From Candidatus Oxydemutatoraceae bacterium (lineage in GTDB: Bacteria; Pseudomonadota; Gammaproteobacteria; Poriferisulfidales; Oxydemutatoraceae), in NCBI GenBank assembly GCA_965220085.1, contig CBDCOZ010000003.1, positions 1,088,001-1,152,000 on the forward strand: a stretch of DNA of 64,000 nt, given 5' to 3'. The notes below the pieces were generated by a model, which saw only the letters and a list, made by a program, of their open reading frames with translations, was not told where the DNA came from and did no database searches. Positions 40,765 to 51,807 of the stretch are shown here, in pieces (positions within the stretch are counted from its first letter, which is position 1; each line of letters opens with the position of its first letter). The position numbers were made by a program, and so were the translations under genes.

Positions 40765-43700
40765 TTATGCGCGAACGGACTCAATAAACCGGATGAGCTT
40801 GTCATGGAGCGATTCAATCGTCTCCTTGTCCCGGTCCCTGAGCAGCAGAGATTGATTGCCGTAGAGCTGATAATCCCCGGGCTTGTCGGACACCAGCGAC
40901 AATAACTTGTCCGTATCAATCTTGGTATTTTCATCAAAGCGTATCCTGAGTCCGTCGGCCGTCTTTTTTGCTTCGGTGATATTCGCTTTGCGGCATTGTA
41001 TTCGCAGCGCGGCATTTTTGAACAGGTTCGTCAAATAGGGCGGCGGCTCCCCGAAGCGATCCCGCATCTCGGATTCCATTTCACGGATGGCGCCGTCGTC
41101 TTCCAGAGCGGCAATCTTGCGATACAGAATCAGACGCAGATTCACATCCGGCAAATAGTCATCCGGTATCAGCGCGGGTTCGCCGAGATCGATTTCGGTG
41201 ACCGTATCGAGCGGCTTGTCTATGTTGAACTCCTTGTCGGTTTTTAACACTTCGATCGCGCGGTTCAGCAAGCGGTTATACATGGCAAAACCGACCTCGT
41301 GAATATGCCCGCTTTGTTCCTTGCCCAACAACTCGCCGGCGCCCCGAATCTCCAAGTCTTGCAATGCCAAAGTGAGCCCGACACCCAAGTCTTTCAACGC
41401 TTCAATCGCTTCCAGTCGGCGCAGCGCATCCGGCGTCAATTCCGCTTTCGGCGGAATGAGCATATAGGCGTAGGCCGAGTGATGCGACCGCCCGATGCGC
41501 CCGCGCAATTGATGCAGTTGCGCGAGACCGAAATGATCGGCGCGGTTGATAATCATCGTATTGGCAGTCGGTATGTCTATGCCGTTTTCTATGATGGTCG
41601 TACACACCAGAACATTGCTCTTTTGGCTGTAGAAATCGAGCATAGATTTTTCCAGCGTATGTTCGCGCATCGCTCCGTGGGCGATTGAAATACGCGCTTC
41701 CGGCAGCAAGTCTCGCAACCGTTCGGCGATATCGTCTATCGTCTCGATGCGGTTATGGACAAAATATATTTGCCCGCCGCGGCGAATCTCGCGCTGGCAA
41801 GCTTCGCGAAGGAGCGCGTCATCCCATTGCTTGATAAAAGTTTTTATCGCATGGCGGCGCGCCGGCGGAGTGGATATGATGGTGATGTCGCGGAGCTTGT
41901 TCAAGGACATATTGAGGGTGCGCGGAATCGGGGTGGCGGTGAGCATAAGGACATCGGTTTTGGCGTATAAAGCCTTGATTTTCTCCTTGTTTTTCACCCC
42001 GAAGCGATGCTCTTCATCGACCACGATCAAGGCCAGTCTGCGGAAGCGGATATTGTTTTGCAACAGTTTGTGGGTGCCGACCACGATATCTACCGAGCCG
42101 TCTTTGATACCCGCAATCGTGCTTTTCTGACTCTTGGGCGTATTGAAGCGCGACAGCATCTCAACCCTGACCGGGTATCCGGAAAAGCGGTTATGGAATG
42201 TTTCAAAGTGTTGGCGCGCCAACAAAGTGGTCGGAGTCAATACCGCGACCTGATAGCCGCTGTGCGCGGCGATAAACATTCCCCGCATGGCGACCTCGGT
42301 TTTGCCGAAACCGACATCGCCGCAGATCACGCGGTCCATCGGTCTTGGCGATTGCATATCCGACAATATCTCGTCAATCGCTTTCTTCTGATCGGCTGTC
42401 TCTTCGTAAGGAAAGGTCGAAGCGAACAGATGGTATTCGGGGGTATCGGTTTGAAAGCGGAAGCCGCGCAGAGTCGCCCGCCGCGCCTGCGTGTCCAGCA
42501 GTTCGGCGGCAATGTCCGCCGCTTTCTGTGCCGCTTTGCGCTTGGCCGCATCCCATTGCTTGGCGCCGAGCTTGTGCAGCGGCGCATCGATCGCATCGCC
42601 GACGGCATAGCGGCTCAACAGGCGCAAGGCCGCGATCGGAACATAGAGCTTGTCGTTATCGGCATACTCGATCACGCAGAACTCGGATACCGCGCCCGAC
42701 ACTTCCAGTATTTCAAGACCGAGAAAGCGCCCGATACCGTGTTGCTCGTGTGCGACAGGGCAGCCGATTTCCAGATCGTTGATGTTTTTGATTATCAACT
42801 CGGCATTGTGCGCGCGTCGCGCGTCGCGTTTTTGTCGCGCGATATGTCGTCCGAGGACTTTGTGGTCGGGTATCAGAGCGATTCCTTCCTGCGCCAGAAT
42901 CACGCCGTCGTGTAAGTTGCCGGGGCATATTCCCGTCTTGCAGTCATCGGCGACGAATTGTTGCCAGCTTTTAACGCTGCGCGGTTTTGCTTTTAAGTCG
43001 GTCAGCAGTTTCAGAATCTGTTCGCGATAGCTCGGCGATTCGGAGGCAAATAAGATGCGCCCGTCAAAGTTGTCTATAAAATCCCGCAGGTTGCGGGTGG
43101 GTTCTTGCAAACCGGCATCCAGCGCGACCGGCGGCAGGAAACGATATGCCGCCTCGCCCGTCTCCTCTTTGAAGCGGGACAGCCGTATCATTCCGAACTT
43201 CTCCAGATGGCGTTTGATTTCATCGGCAGTATGGCAGAGCCTGTCCACAGCAAGCAACGGCCAGCGCCGGTCATCGTTGAGTTGTTCGTAGCGGTCGCTT
43301 ACATACGCCCGGTAGCGCTCGATGTCGTGATCGATAGTTTCATCACAGATGACCACGCAATCTTGACGGATGTATTCCGGCAGGCTGCTGAGCTCCTCAA
43401 AAAACAATGGCAGATAGGACTCTATCCCGTCCGGCACGATGCCCTCGCTGACTTCCCGATAGACAAGAGATTCGGCGGGCGTCTGATGAAACTCGGTTCT
43501 GAAGCGGCTGCGAAAGAATTCAATCGCTTGCTTCGTGAAAGGATGCTCCCGTGACGGCAGCACCCGAACCGACTCCGTGTTTCTTTTTGAAAGCTGGGTG
43601 GCGGGGTCAAAGAAACGCAAGGTTTCTATCTGTTCGTCAAACAGATCCATGCGCACGGGGCAGTCGCTTCCCGCCGGAAAGAAATCTATGATTGAGCCGC

Positions 43701-44184
43701 GTATCGCGTAATCGCTCGGGTTGGAAACCTGCGATACTTTTTCATACCCGACCTCGTTAAGACGCTGGCGAAAGGCGTCAATATTAATCCGGTCGCCGCA
43801 CTGCAAACGGAATGTATGCTTGGCGATGAAGTCCGGCGGAGGCAGTCGCTGCAACAAGCTCGCGATCGTGGCGATACAGATACCGTGTTCAAAGCGCGGC
43901 AGATGCGCCAATGTCCTCAGGCGCTCGGCAGAGATGTCCTTATGCGGCGACAGCTTGTCGTACGGCAAAGTCTCCCAATCGGGGAAGCTGATGACAGGGA
44001 GGCCGTCGGGACAAAAGAAGCGCAACTCATCCTCTATTTGCGCCAACACGCTCGCATCGGCAACGAGTAACAAAACCGGCAGCCGATGCTCCGCGAGCAA
44101 CCGCGCGATAGAGTAGGCGGCGCTGCAACCGTACAGTTGCGACCAGTGTATGGGAGAGCCCCGATTGGGAAGTGCGATTCTCAT
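40765..44184 (-). CDS. mfd: Transcription-repair coupling factor
   Basis: FPDWETLPYD, HGIGRFLGL, GDVGFGKTEVAMR, DEEHRFGV, TATPIPRTL, QLHQLRGRIGRS. Confidence 0.98.
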   Translation of the reverse strand: MRIALPNRGSPIHWSQLYGCSAAYSIARLLAEHRLPVLLLVADASVLAQIEDELRFFCPDGLPVISFPDWETLPYDKLSPHKDISAERLRTLAHLPRFEHGICIATIASLLQRLPPPDFIAKHTFRLQCGDRINIDAFRQRLNEVGYEKVSQVSNPSDYAIRGSIIDFFPAGSDCPVRMDLFDEQIETLRFFDPATQLSKRNTESVRVLPSREHPFTKQAIEFFRSRFRTEFHQTPAESLVYREVSEGIVPDGIESYLPLFFEELSSLPEYIRQDCVVICDETIDHDIERYRAYVSDRYEQLNDDRRWPLLAVDRLCHTADEIKRHLEKFGMIRLSRFKEETGEAAYRFLPPVALDAGLQEPTRNLRDFIDNFDGRILFASESPSYREQILKLLTDLKAKPRSVKSWQQFVADDCKTGICPGNLHDGVILAQEGIALIPDHKVLGRHIARQKRDARRAHNAELIIKNINDLEIGCPVAHEQHGIGRFLGLEILEVSGAVSEFCVIEYADNDKLYVPIAALRLLSRYAVGDAIDAPLHKLGAKQWDAAKRKAAQKAADIAAELLDTQARRATLRGFRFQTDTPEYHLFASTFPYEETADQKKAIDEILSDMQSPRPMDRVICGDVGFGKTEVAMRGMFIAAHSGYQVAVLTPTTLLARQHFETFHNRFSGYPVRVEMLSRFNTPKSQKSTIAGIKDGSVDIVVGTHKLLQNNIRFRRLALIVVDEEHRFGVKNKEKIKALYAKTDVLMLTATPIPRTLNMSLNKLRDITIISTPPARRHAIKTFIKQWDDALLREACQREIRRGGQIYFVHNRIETIDDIAERLRDLLPEARISIAHGAMREHTLEKSMLDFYSQKSNVLVCTTIIENGIDIPTANTMIINRADHFGLAQLHQLRGRIGRSHHSAYAYMLIPPKAELTPDALRRLEAIEALKDLGVGLTLALQDLEIRGAGELLGKEQSGHIHEVGFAMYNRLLNRAIEVLKTDKEFNIDKPLDTVTEIDLGEPALIPDDYLPDVNLRLILYRKIAALEDDGAIREMESEMRDRFGEPPPYLTNLFKNAALRIQCRKANITEAKKTADGLRIRFDENTKIDTDKLLSLVSDKPGDYQLYGNQSLLLRDRDKETIESLHDKLIRFIESVRA

Positions 44185-44205
44185 GGCGCCCGTATTTTAG
44201 CCAAT

Positions 44206-44232
44206 AAAAAGGCGGGGAGTCCCCGCCTTTTT
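44206..44232. terminator. Rho-independent terminator downstream of fccB (bidirectional form)
   Basis: AAAAAGGCGGGG-agt-CCCCGCCTTTTT perfect hairpin with A/T tails. Confidence 0.88.
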
Positions 44233-44252
44233 ACCCGCCTATCGCCGAGTAA

Positions 44253-45539
44253 CTAGCCGAACATATCGGCTGTCACATTGGCAAACCAACTGTATGCATA
44301 CTGCACTTCCCGCTTCAGCGCATCAGGCGACGCATCGCTCGGGGTCAGTCCGCCGGCCACTTTCTTAATCGCGCTTTTATCGTCCGCCAGACGATAAACC
44401 GCCGCCACCGAAACGCCGTAGTCCGTGCCCGCTATGCTATAGCAGGTATTGACATAGGAGGGCGTAGGCGCGGGCTTCTCTTGCAACGAAGCGACGACCG
44501 CCGCCGCGCACACTTTTGCTTCGGAATTCGCGGCATAGCCCGATTTCGGCAAACCGGTCGCAATGCTGGCATCGCCGACGATGTAAGTCCCCGAGTGCTT
44601 GACCGATTCAAAGGTGCCAAGGTGAACCGGGCACCAACCGGAATCGTCGGCACAGCCGGAAACCTGAGCGATGTGTCCGGCCTTCTGCGGCGGGATGACA
44701 TTGATTACATCGCCTTCAAAGTCGTCAAGCTCGGTTGAGACAGTCATTTTTGCGGGATTGACCGCAACCACGCCGCCGCCCGTGTCGGAACCCGGCAACC
44801 ACTCGATCATATCGCCGTAGAGTTCTTTCCAAGCTTTCGTGAACAAGCCTTGCTTTGAAAATTTGTCTTTTGCGTCAATCACCAAAATTTTTGATTTCGG
44901 TTTATGCGCTTTGAAGTAATGGGCAATCTGACACGCTCTCTCGTAAGGCCCCGGCGGGCAACGGAAAGGGTTAGCAGGCACGGTAATGATTACGGTACCG
45001 CCGTCTTTCATGCCTTCCAGTTGTCGCCGAAGGAGCGCGGTCTGTTCGCCCGCCTTGTACGCATGCGGCATCCTTTCGGGCGCGGCTTCGTTATAGCCTT
45101 CGATCGCATTCCACTTGAAGTCAATGCCGGGCGACAGAACCAGCCGGTCAAACGAAAATTTCCCGTCGCCGGCTGTGACCATTTTCTTGCGATGATCAAC
45201 CGCTATCGCTTCGGCATGAACGACATTAATCCCGTGGCCGCTCAGCCCTTCGTATGAAAAGCGCAACGATTCGATGCTGCGGTCGCCGCCAATCACCTCA
45301 TTGCTCATAAAGCAAGTGTGGTAATGCTCATTGCGTTCAATCAAGACGACATCGATCGTCCGATCCATCATCTTGATGTACTTGGCGGCGATAGCGCCGC
45401 CGGCGCCGCCGCCGACGACCACTGCTTTCTTCGGCGCGCCAAAGGCAATCTGCGGAAAGCCGACACCGGCAACGGCGCCGATAGCCGCAACGCTGCCCGA
45501 AGCTTTAATAAATGTGCGTCTGTTTAATTTTGTCACCAT
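44253..45539 (-). CDS. fccB: Flavocytochrome c sulfide dehydrogenase, flavoprotein subunit
   Basis: Tat signal [47 protein letters not shown]. Confidence 0.93.
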   Translation of the reverse strand: MVTKLNRRTFIKASGSVAAIGAVAGVGFPQIAFGAPKKAVVVGGGAGGAIAAKYIKMMDRTIDVVLIERNEHYHTCFMSNEVIGGDRSIESLRFSYEGLSGHGINVVHAEAIAVDHRKKMVTAGDGKFSFDRLVLSPGIDFKWNAIEGYNEAAPERMPHAYKAGEQTALLRRQLEGMKDGGTVIITVPANPFRCPPGPYERACQIAHYFKAHKPKSKILVIDAKDKFSKQGLFTKAWKELYGDMIEWLPGSDTGGGVVAVNPAKMTVSTELDDFEGDVINVIPPQKAGHIAQVSGCADDSGWCPVHLGTFESVKHSGTYIVGDASIATGLPKSGYAANSEAKVCAAAVVASLQEKPAPTPSYVNTCYSIAGTDYGVSVAAVYRLADDKSAIKKVAGGLTPSDASPDALKREVQYAYSWFANVTADMFG

Positions 45540-45550
45540 CTTCTTCCCCC

Positions 45551-46243
45551 TCACTTAACGCTTGCGTAATAATTTAACAAATCCAGAATGCCATCCTTGC
45601 CTTCGCTCTCCTGCAACTCCCTGAGCGCCTTTTTCATCTTCTTCGGCATATCGCGATTGCCTTCCATGTAGTCATGCAGGGTATAGCGCAGATAGGGCAT
45701 CCACTGTCCCGCCAGTATGCCAACATCGTCTTCGGGCGACAGGCCGCCGTCCTCGTGGCATTTATCGCAGTATTCTTCGTGCAGGCTCTCGCCGGAGGCA
45801 ACCCGCGACTTGTCAAAGCCTTGCATCACCGGCACATGCTCGCTGTCGGAGAACACAGCCGCCATGACTTTGATCTCTTCAAGGGTATAGCCTTTTGCAA
45901 TCCGCCCCATAATCGTACTGTAGCGGCTCAAGGCCTCCGCATCTTCGTACTTCTTATCTTTGCCGAGCTCCTCCATCGCCTTTGCCAACCCCTCGGGGTC
46001 ATCGTGATACTTATAGGCAAGCATCGCCCCGACGAAGTAGTTCTCGGTCAGGCCGGCCAGCGACGGAATGGCGGGCCCCTGGCTCACGCCGCCAGGGCCG
46101 TGACAAGCAACGCAAGTATTAGTCAGCATGTCGGCGGTAGCCATTTTGCCATCGTCCATTTTGCCCCCGTGTTTATCCGCATAAGCGGATGTGAAACAGA
46201 GCATTCCTGTAAACAGGATTAGTAGAAAAACAAACCGTTTCAT
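45551..46243 (-). CDS. fccA: Diheme cytochrome c subunit of flavocytochrome c
   Basis: Signal peptide, CVACH and [16 protein letters not shown]; directly upstream of fccB. Confidence 0.88.
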   Translation of the reverse strand: MKRFVFLLILFTGMLCFTSAYADKHGGKMDDGKMATADMLTNTCVACHGPGGVSQGPAIPSLAGLTENYFVGAMLAYKYHDDPEGLAKAMEELGKDKKYEDAEALSRYSTIMGRIAKGYTLEEIKVMAAVFSDSEHVPVMQGFDKSRVASGESLHEEYCDKCHEDGGLSPEDDVGILAGQWMPYLRYTLHDYMEGNRDMPKKMKKALRELQESEGKDGILDLLNYYASVK

Positions 46244-46438
46244 TTATATCCCCCTTGAACCAGTCACGCAAAATCACAAATTCTTAAATAGCGAATGAGC
46301 TTTGTGACTGTCATTAAGTAATGTGCGCAAATAACACTCGGTTATTTGCGGACTGTTTATTGAGGCTCATAGTACATAGGACAATTACCGTTGTCAATGC
46401 TGGCAACGGCGACTCGCGCAAAGCAAGGCGGGGCGGGA

Positions 46439-46996
46439 TTATTGCGAGCGAAGCGATATGTCTTTTGCCGGTTTCTTCGGCTTCTTCGGCTCCTTATGGG
46501 CGACTCCAGTGTGGCAACCGATGCAGTTTTCTCCCTCTGCGTGCGCCCGCTTATGTTTTTTGCGCGCGGTCCTGTCCTGCTCATCAAAGTCCATCGCCTC
46601 AAACACATGACAGGATTTGCATTCGCGCGCATCGCTCGCTTCCATTTTTGCCCACACCCTGTTCGCCATCGCCCACCGATGCGCTTCAAACTTTTCCTTG
46701 CTGTCAATCGTTCCGAGAATCTCATGCCAAACATCTTTGGCAGCCATCAGCTTAGCGTGCAGTTTCGGAAACACCGGATTAGGCACATGGCAATCATGAC
46801 ATTCGGCGCGGACACCGGATGCGTTGGAGTAATGGATTGAGTCCTCCCATTCTTTTTTGACCCATTGCATTGAATGACACGAGGTGCAAAATTCAGTTGA
46901 GTTAGTCGCTTCCAGTGTGACGGAAAAGCCAACCGTGAGAAAAATTCCGGGCAACAATATGCCGAGCAACAGAATAGTGAGTATTAAAGTGCGCAT
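46439..46996 (-). CDS. NapC/NirT-family membrane-anchored tetraheme cytochrome c
   Basis: N-terminal TM helix; CTSCH, CHDCH, CKSCH, CIGCH; SIHYSNASGVRA. Confidence 0.92.
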   Translation of the reverse strand: MRTLILTILLLGILLPGIFLTVGFSVTLEATNSTEFCTSCHSMQWVKKEWEDSIHYSNASGVRAECHDCHVPNPVFPKLHAKLMAAKDVWHEILGTIDSKEKFEAHRWAMANRVWAKMEASDARECKSCHVFEAMDFDEQDRTARKKHKRAHAEGENCIGCHTGVAHKEPKKPKKPAKDISLRSQ

Positions 46997-47212
46997 TGGG
47001 TTGTTTCCGTACAAAATTATAGCCACATGAGCCGTGATAATGCAAGCCGAGCGGCAAATCGGGGCTTGAGCGCAAACTCCGCACTGGCGCCGGCCACACG
47101 CTCCCCTCGCGGGAGAGTTGGCGTAGTTACGCTATGCCGGAGGGGGAGCGTTGTCGGCGAAGCGCTCCCTCTGCCGGCGCGAACAGGATACGGCACAGTC
47201 TCAAACGCAGAG

Positions 47213-48584
47213 TCACATAAATGCAACTATCAAAGTCGCCAACCCAAGCGCGGTTGCCACAAGCCATTTTATGTTTTTTGTTGTCGGCTCAGCCATGTCT
47301 TTTTTTGATTTCTAACCCGCACTTGGCAAACGCTTCTTTAATCGCTGATTCGCACTTGGCCAAATCTTCCCCGGTCGCTGGCTTGGCTAACTTCCTTTTC
47401 AACTGAGTTGATTCTTTAATCGCTGATTCGCGCTTGGCCAAATCTTTCTTGGTCGCTGGCTTGGCTGACTTTTTTTTCAATCGAGTCGCTTTTTCTTTGA
47501 TCGCTGATTCAAACTTGGCCAAATCTTTCCTGGTCACTGACTTGGCTAACTTTTTTTTCAATCGATTCGCTTTTTCTTTGATCGCTGACTCAAACTTGGC
47601 CAAATCTTTCTTGGTCGCTGACCTGACTAACTTTTTTTCCAACTGATCCAATTCTTCTTTGATCGCTGATTCAAACTTGGCCAAATCTTTCCTGGTCGCT
47701 GACTTGGCTGACTTTTTTTTCAACTGAGTTAATTCTCTTTTGATCGCTGATTCAAATCTGGCCAAATCTTTCTTGGTCGCTAACTTGGCTGACTTTTTTC
47801 TCAACCGAACCAATTCTTTTTTGATCGCTAACTCAAACTTGGCAAACTCTTTTTTGGTCGCTGGCCTGGCCACCGCTTCTTTAATCGCTAACGCACATCT
47901 GGCCAAATCTTCCTTGGTCGCTAACGTGGCTAACACTTCTTGCAACTTGGCAAACTCTTCTCTGGTCACTGACTCAGCCCATGCTTCTTTGATCACTGCT
48001 TCAAACTTGGCAAAATCTTCTTGGGTCGCCGACTTGGCTAACGCTTCTTTCAACCGAGCCAATTCCTTTTTCAACTGCGCCAACTCTTCTTCGATCGCCG
48101 ACCCAAGCTTAGCCAATGCTTCTTTGATTGCTGCTTCAAACTGGGCAAACTCTTCTTTGGTCATTGACTTGGCTGACTCTTTTTTCAACTGCGCCAATGC
48201 TTCTTTGGCCGCCGATTCAAACTTGGCAAACGCTTCTTTGATTTCCGACTCAAACTTGGCAAACCCCTTGGTCGCTGACTTGGCTAACTCTTTTTTCAAC
48301 TGAGCCAATGCTTTTTTCATCGCTAACTCAAACTTGGCCAACTCTTCCTCGGTCGCTAACTCGTCTAATGCTCTTCTGAGCGCTAACTCAAACCTGACAA
48401 ATGCCTCTCTCGTTGCCAGAGCGCTCAGACGTTTGCGCAACTGTGTCAATTGCTTGTTGGCAATCGCGCGCGCTTTCTGTTTGTCAAAGCCCGCGGCGGT
48501 CAAGTTGCGGGCAGAGTCATCAGTGACCTCCGCCGCATCTTCCGCTTTTAAGTTTTTAGATTTCTTCATCATCATCCTCTGCAT
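47213..48584 (-). CDS. DUF1640/CCDC90-like coiled-coil repeat protein; C-terminal membrane anchor is out of frame at an A7 run (assembled ORF ends at 47289)
   Basis: LTAAGFDKQKARAI head, many ATKxDLAKFESAIKE repeats (~27 aa); removing one base at 47300-47306 gives ...EIKKDMAEPTTKNIKWLVATALGLATLIVAFM*. Confidence 0.75.
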
Positions 48585-48811
48585 TGCATAGTAATATTAA
48601 TTTGGAGGCTATGGTCAAATAGCCTTGTTTCGGATAGTAGCGCCAATTCAAGGGCTATGGTCAACCGAATAGAACAGGCGGTATCAAACACCTGACGAAC
48701 GGTCTAATTAACCCAGTTGTTTGTGGCTTCTTAGGGATAGTTACCGCCGGACTGCCCGCCAGTCAGCCCCAAGGGAACGTGTGGCGCAAGTCCCGCGAGG
48801 GATTGCTCGCG

Positions 48812-50672
48812 CTATCGCAGCGGGCCTTCCAGAAAGAGGCGCAGCCGCAAGCGCAGGTTGGGTATGGCAACGCAAGCGGGCCAGGTTCCGAGGTATCCGT
48901 CGCCGCAGATGCATTCGGTTGCGCCGCCAGTGTTGTGGTCGGGCGGGTATCCGCCGGGGGCGTTTCCGTCAAGGTCGCAGTTTGCGACAAAGTCGTCGGT
49001 GTTTCCGCTGACAACAACATTGGGATGGTCATTGGCGTTTGGAAAGTTCGGAGGGTCGCCGAAAAGTTCGGCGCAAGCAGTCTTGTCGGAAGTTCCGTGA
49101 ATCAGACAATCCGTGTCGGTGGTGCGGATTGCTTGGTCGGCGCCATACAGGAGATATGGAATGCTGCAAAATGCGTCTGGGGAGTTCAAGAGAACAAGCC
49201 AGTTCGCGTTTTGGCAGTCCATAACCGTCTGCGTGGCGGCGGAAGGAAGACATATGGAAGAATCGCTCGCAGTGACAAGGGTTTGTCCCGCCGGACATCC
49301 GCAAGGAGTTGGTTTCGGTATCGTATGTTGTTCCTGTCGGGCATCCGTAAGAGTTGGTTTCGGAGGAGTAAGTCTGTATGCCGGGGCATTCGCAGGAGTC
49401 GGTTCCGGTGTCGTATGTTGTTCCCGTCGGGCATCCGCAAGAGTTGGTTTCGGAGGAGTAGGTCTGTATGCCGGGGCATTCGCATGAGTCGGTTTCGGTA
49501 TCATATGTTGTTCTGGCGGGACATCCGCAAGAGTTGGTTTCGGAGGAGTAGGTCTGTATGCCGGGGCATTCGCAGGAGTGGGTTTCGGGGTCGTATGTCG
49601 CGTCTGTCGGGACATCCGCATGAGTGGGTTTCGGGGTCGTATGTCGCGTCTGTCGGGCATTCGCAGTCAGCGGGGTTGGCACCGATGACATTGCATTCGC
49701 AGTCGGTCGGGGAGAATTTCATGTCGTGGGTGGCGGCCCATGTGACAAAGGCGGCGGTCGGCTCCGCCCAACCGAGGCATTGGCATTCGCGGTGATCGGA
49801 GTGGTACCGGGCGAGCGAATTTTCGTCGCCGCATCGGCGCCCGTTGCATCTCTGATATTGTCCGCTTGTCCCATCGTTTCTTGAAAAGCTATAGCGGGCG
49901 CAGATGCCGGTGTCATCGCTTTGTATTCCGCAGAAGCTCAGCGTTCCGTCGCCGATGCTGATGAAGCGATCCTCGGTGCTAATGCGGTGGCAGGTGTCGT
50001 AGGCGTAAAGGTGGTCGGGCGTCACGCAGGTGACCCGAGTCGGGCTGTGGGTGCCGGTCCAGACGCCGGTTCGTTGCGCGAAGACGCTGTATCCGTGCGC
50101 GCGTCCGGCGGGGCAGGCGGCGCGCCGCTATTGTTGTGGGTGCGGTCGTAGGAGTATCGGACGCCCTCGTGCTTGTAGCCGCGGGAGTAAATAGGGTCGG
50201 TGATGGCCTGGGGGCCCGAGGGGATGACATCGCCGACCGGGTTGTTGACGGAGTTGACGGCGATGATATGCCATCGGTAGCAATTTCCCCAAGATTGGCC
50301 GGATGAGGAGGGTGTTCGCACGGCCGTGTAAAACTTCTCCGGGTCGGTAATGAGTTCTCCGCTGCCGCTGGTGATTCGCCATTGTCCCGGGGTGAGTTCG
50401 TCGCACCGGGTGGGGTATGCGTTAGGGGGCGTGACAGGCACCTCGTCTTTGCTGAGAGACCGGTGTTGGGAGCGGTAGATGTAGTATCCGATGATGGGCG
50501 ACCCCCCGTCGGAGACGGGCGGGCGCCATCGGATGGTGAATGCCTCTTTGGCGAAGTCGGCCTCAATGACGCGGGTGATGCGGGGCTTTCCGGGCGCGGT
50601 TTGGGCTTGCGCGGCGGAGACGGCGGCGATTGCCGCAAAGAGGATGACGGAGAGTGCGAGGGCAGTCGTCAT
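48812..50672 (-). pseudogene. Secreted FN3 + Cys-rich repeat protein with C-terminal LRLRLRLFLEGPLR, split by about three frameshifts (real decay or assembly error)
   Basis: Signal MTTALALSVILFAAIAAVSAAQAQ; FN3 WRPPVSDGGSPIIGYYI; coding sense passes through ORFs 50022..50672, 49501..50025, 49029..49691 and 48812..49660, with shifts near 50120, 49610 and 49305. Confidence 0.75.
49296..49665 (-). repeat. 45/90-bp tandem repeat encoding 15-aa CxCP...Y...ETxS units
   Basis: catccgYaagagttggttt recurs at about 49341, 49431 and 49521; translation CGCPTGTTYDTGTDSCECPGIQTYSSETNS. Confidence 0.85.
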
Positions 50673-50869
50673 CGCGCCCTTCGTCGGAAAAGTGCGGAAG
50701 ACAGAAGCTGAAATCCAGACCTGTGCGCAAAACCCTCATTGTGCGCCAATTATATCAAACCCCCGGCGCCGGCTTCGTTCGCGCACAGAGCATCACCCCG
50801 CTCCGGTGTGCTTGCGGGGATGGCGCGAGAGGAGCGTTATGGGGCACAGTGGTGGGAGCACAAACAGTA

Positions 50870-51006
50870 GTAGGAGCACAAACAACACTCAGTTGTTTGT
50901 GGCTTCTTGAGTTGTTTGTGGCTTCTTAGGGTAGTTACCGCCAGACTGCCCGCCAGTCAGCCCCCAAGAAGCGTGCGGCGCAAGTCCTGCGAGGGGATTG
51001 CTCGCG
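50870..51006 (-). repeat. Post-stop element shared with 48715-48811, ending in duplicated AGAAGCCACAAACAAC and a CACAAACAA/TTGTTTGTG hairpin
   Basis: About 100 bp of strong similarity between the regions downstream of the 48812 and 51007 genes; same core as the plus-strand copies. Confidence 0.8.
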
Positions 51007-51666
51007 CTATCGCAACGGGCCTTCCAGAAAGAGACGCAGCCGCAAGCGCGGGCCCGGTGTGCAGCTCGGCCAGTCGCCGAAGTGCGAGCCCGGATTGCAT
51101 ACGCATTCGGTTGCGCCGTTCCGGTTGATGTCTGGATAGCCGCCGGGGACATTTCCGTCTCGGTCGCAATTTGCCACAAAGAACTTGCTGGTACCGACAA
51201 AGGGTCGGACGGCGGGGTGGTCCGCCGCTTTCGGAAAAACCGGCGGGTCGCCGTACATATCCGTACAGGCAATACCGCTCCCGCTTCCCAAAACAATGTT
51301 GCAGTCATTAGCGGTAATGCTAGCTGTTCTTGTCCCAAGGTTGGAGGGAATCAAACAAATCATGTTTCCCAGAAAGTACTGCGCCCCTGTCGCTTCGCGT
51401 CCGTCCCATCCCGCGTCTTCGCAGGCGTCCAGAATCGAGACGAAGGCGTTGTCAAAGCATCTGGTGTTCATTTCCTCAAGGAAATGGGGGGAAGTGACTC
51501 GGGTTTGCCCTTGTGGGCAGATAGTTTGGCAAATGCCGCGAACATTTTCCTGCCCTGCCGGACACATCGTTTGCGCTTGTGCGCTGTTTGCGACGAACGC
51601 GAAAGTTATTGCCGCGCAAATCCCGCAAATTTTAAGGGGGTCAGTATTAATAAGTTGTCGTTTCAT
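51007..51666 (-). CDS. Secreted Cys-rich protein with C-terminal RLRLRLFLEGPLR
   Basis: RBS GGAG before ATG 51666; signal ..AAITFAFVANSAQAQ; about 11 Cys in the mature part; homologous to the C-terminal domain of the 48812 gene. Confidence 0.85.
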   Translation of the reverse strand: MKRQLINTDPLKICGICAAITFAFVANSAQAQTMCPAGQENVRGICQTICPQGQTRVTSPHFLEEMNTRCFDNAFVSILDACEDAGWDGREATGAQYFLGNMICLIPSNLGTRTASITANDCNIVLGSGSGIACTDMYGDPPVFPKAADHPAVRPFVGTSKFFVANCDRDGNVPGGYPDINRNGATECVCNPGSHFGDWPSCTPGPRLRLRLFLEGPLR

Positions 51667-51807
51667 CGTATTTCTCCTAATGGTTTTTGATTCGTGAACG
51701 CGGTTGCGCAATGAGCGCTTCCGCCCCAAAGACCTCTACAAGTGTCTTCACATCCTGTCTCATCCTCGCGCGCCTCATAACACTCTCCTTCTCCGTAGTT
51801 ACTCGCG

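Noticed and set aside
47040-47175. Possible ncRNA or riboswitch upstream of the napC-like gene
   Set aside because: The hairpins resemble the dispersed GC-rich palindromes seen elsewhere in the window; no recognisable Rfam motif.
48779-49795. 338-aa plus-strand Arg-rich ORF
   Set aside because: Antisense translation of the Cys-rich repeat gene.
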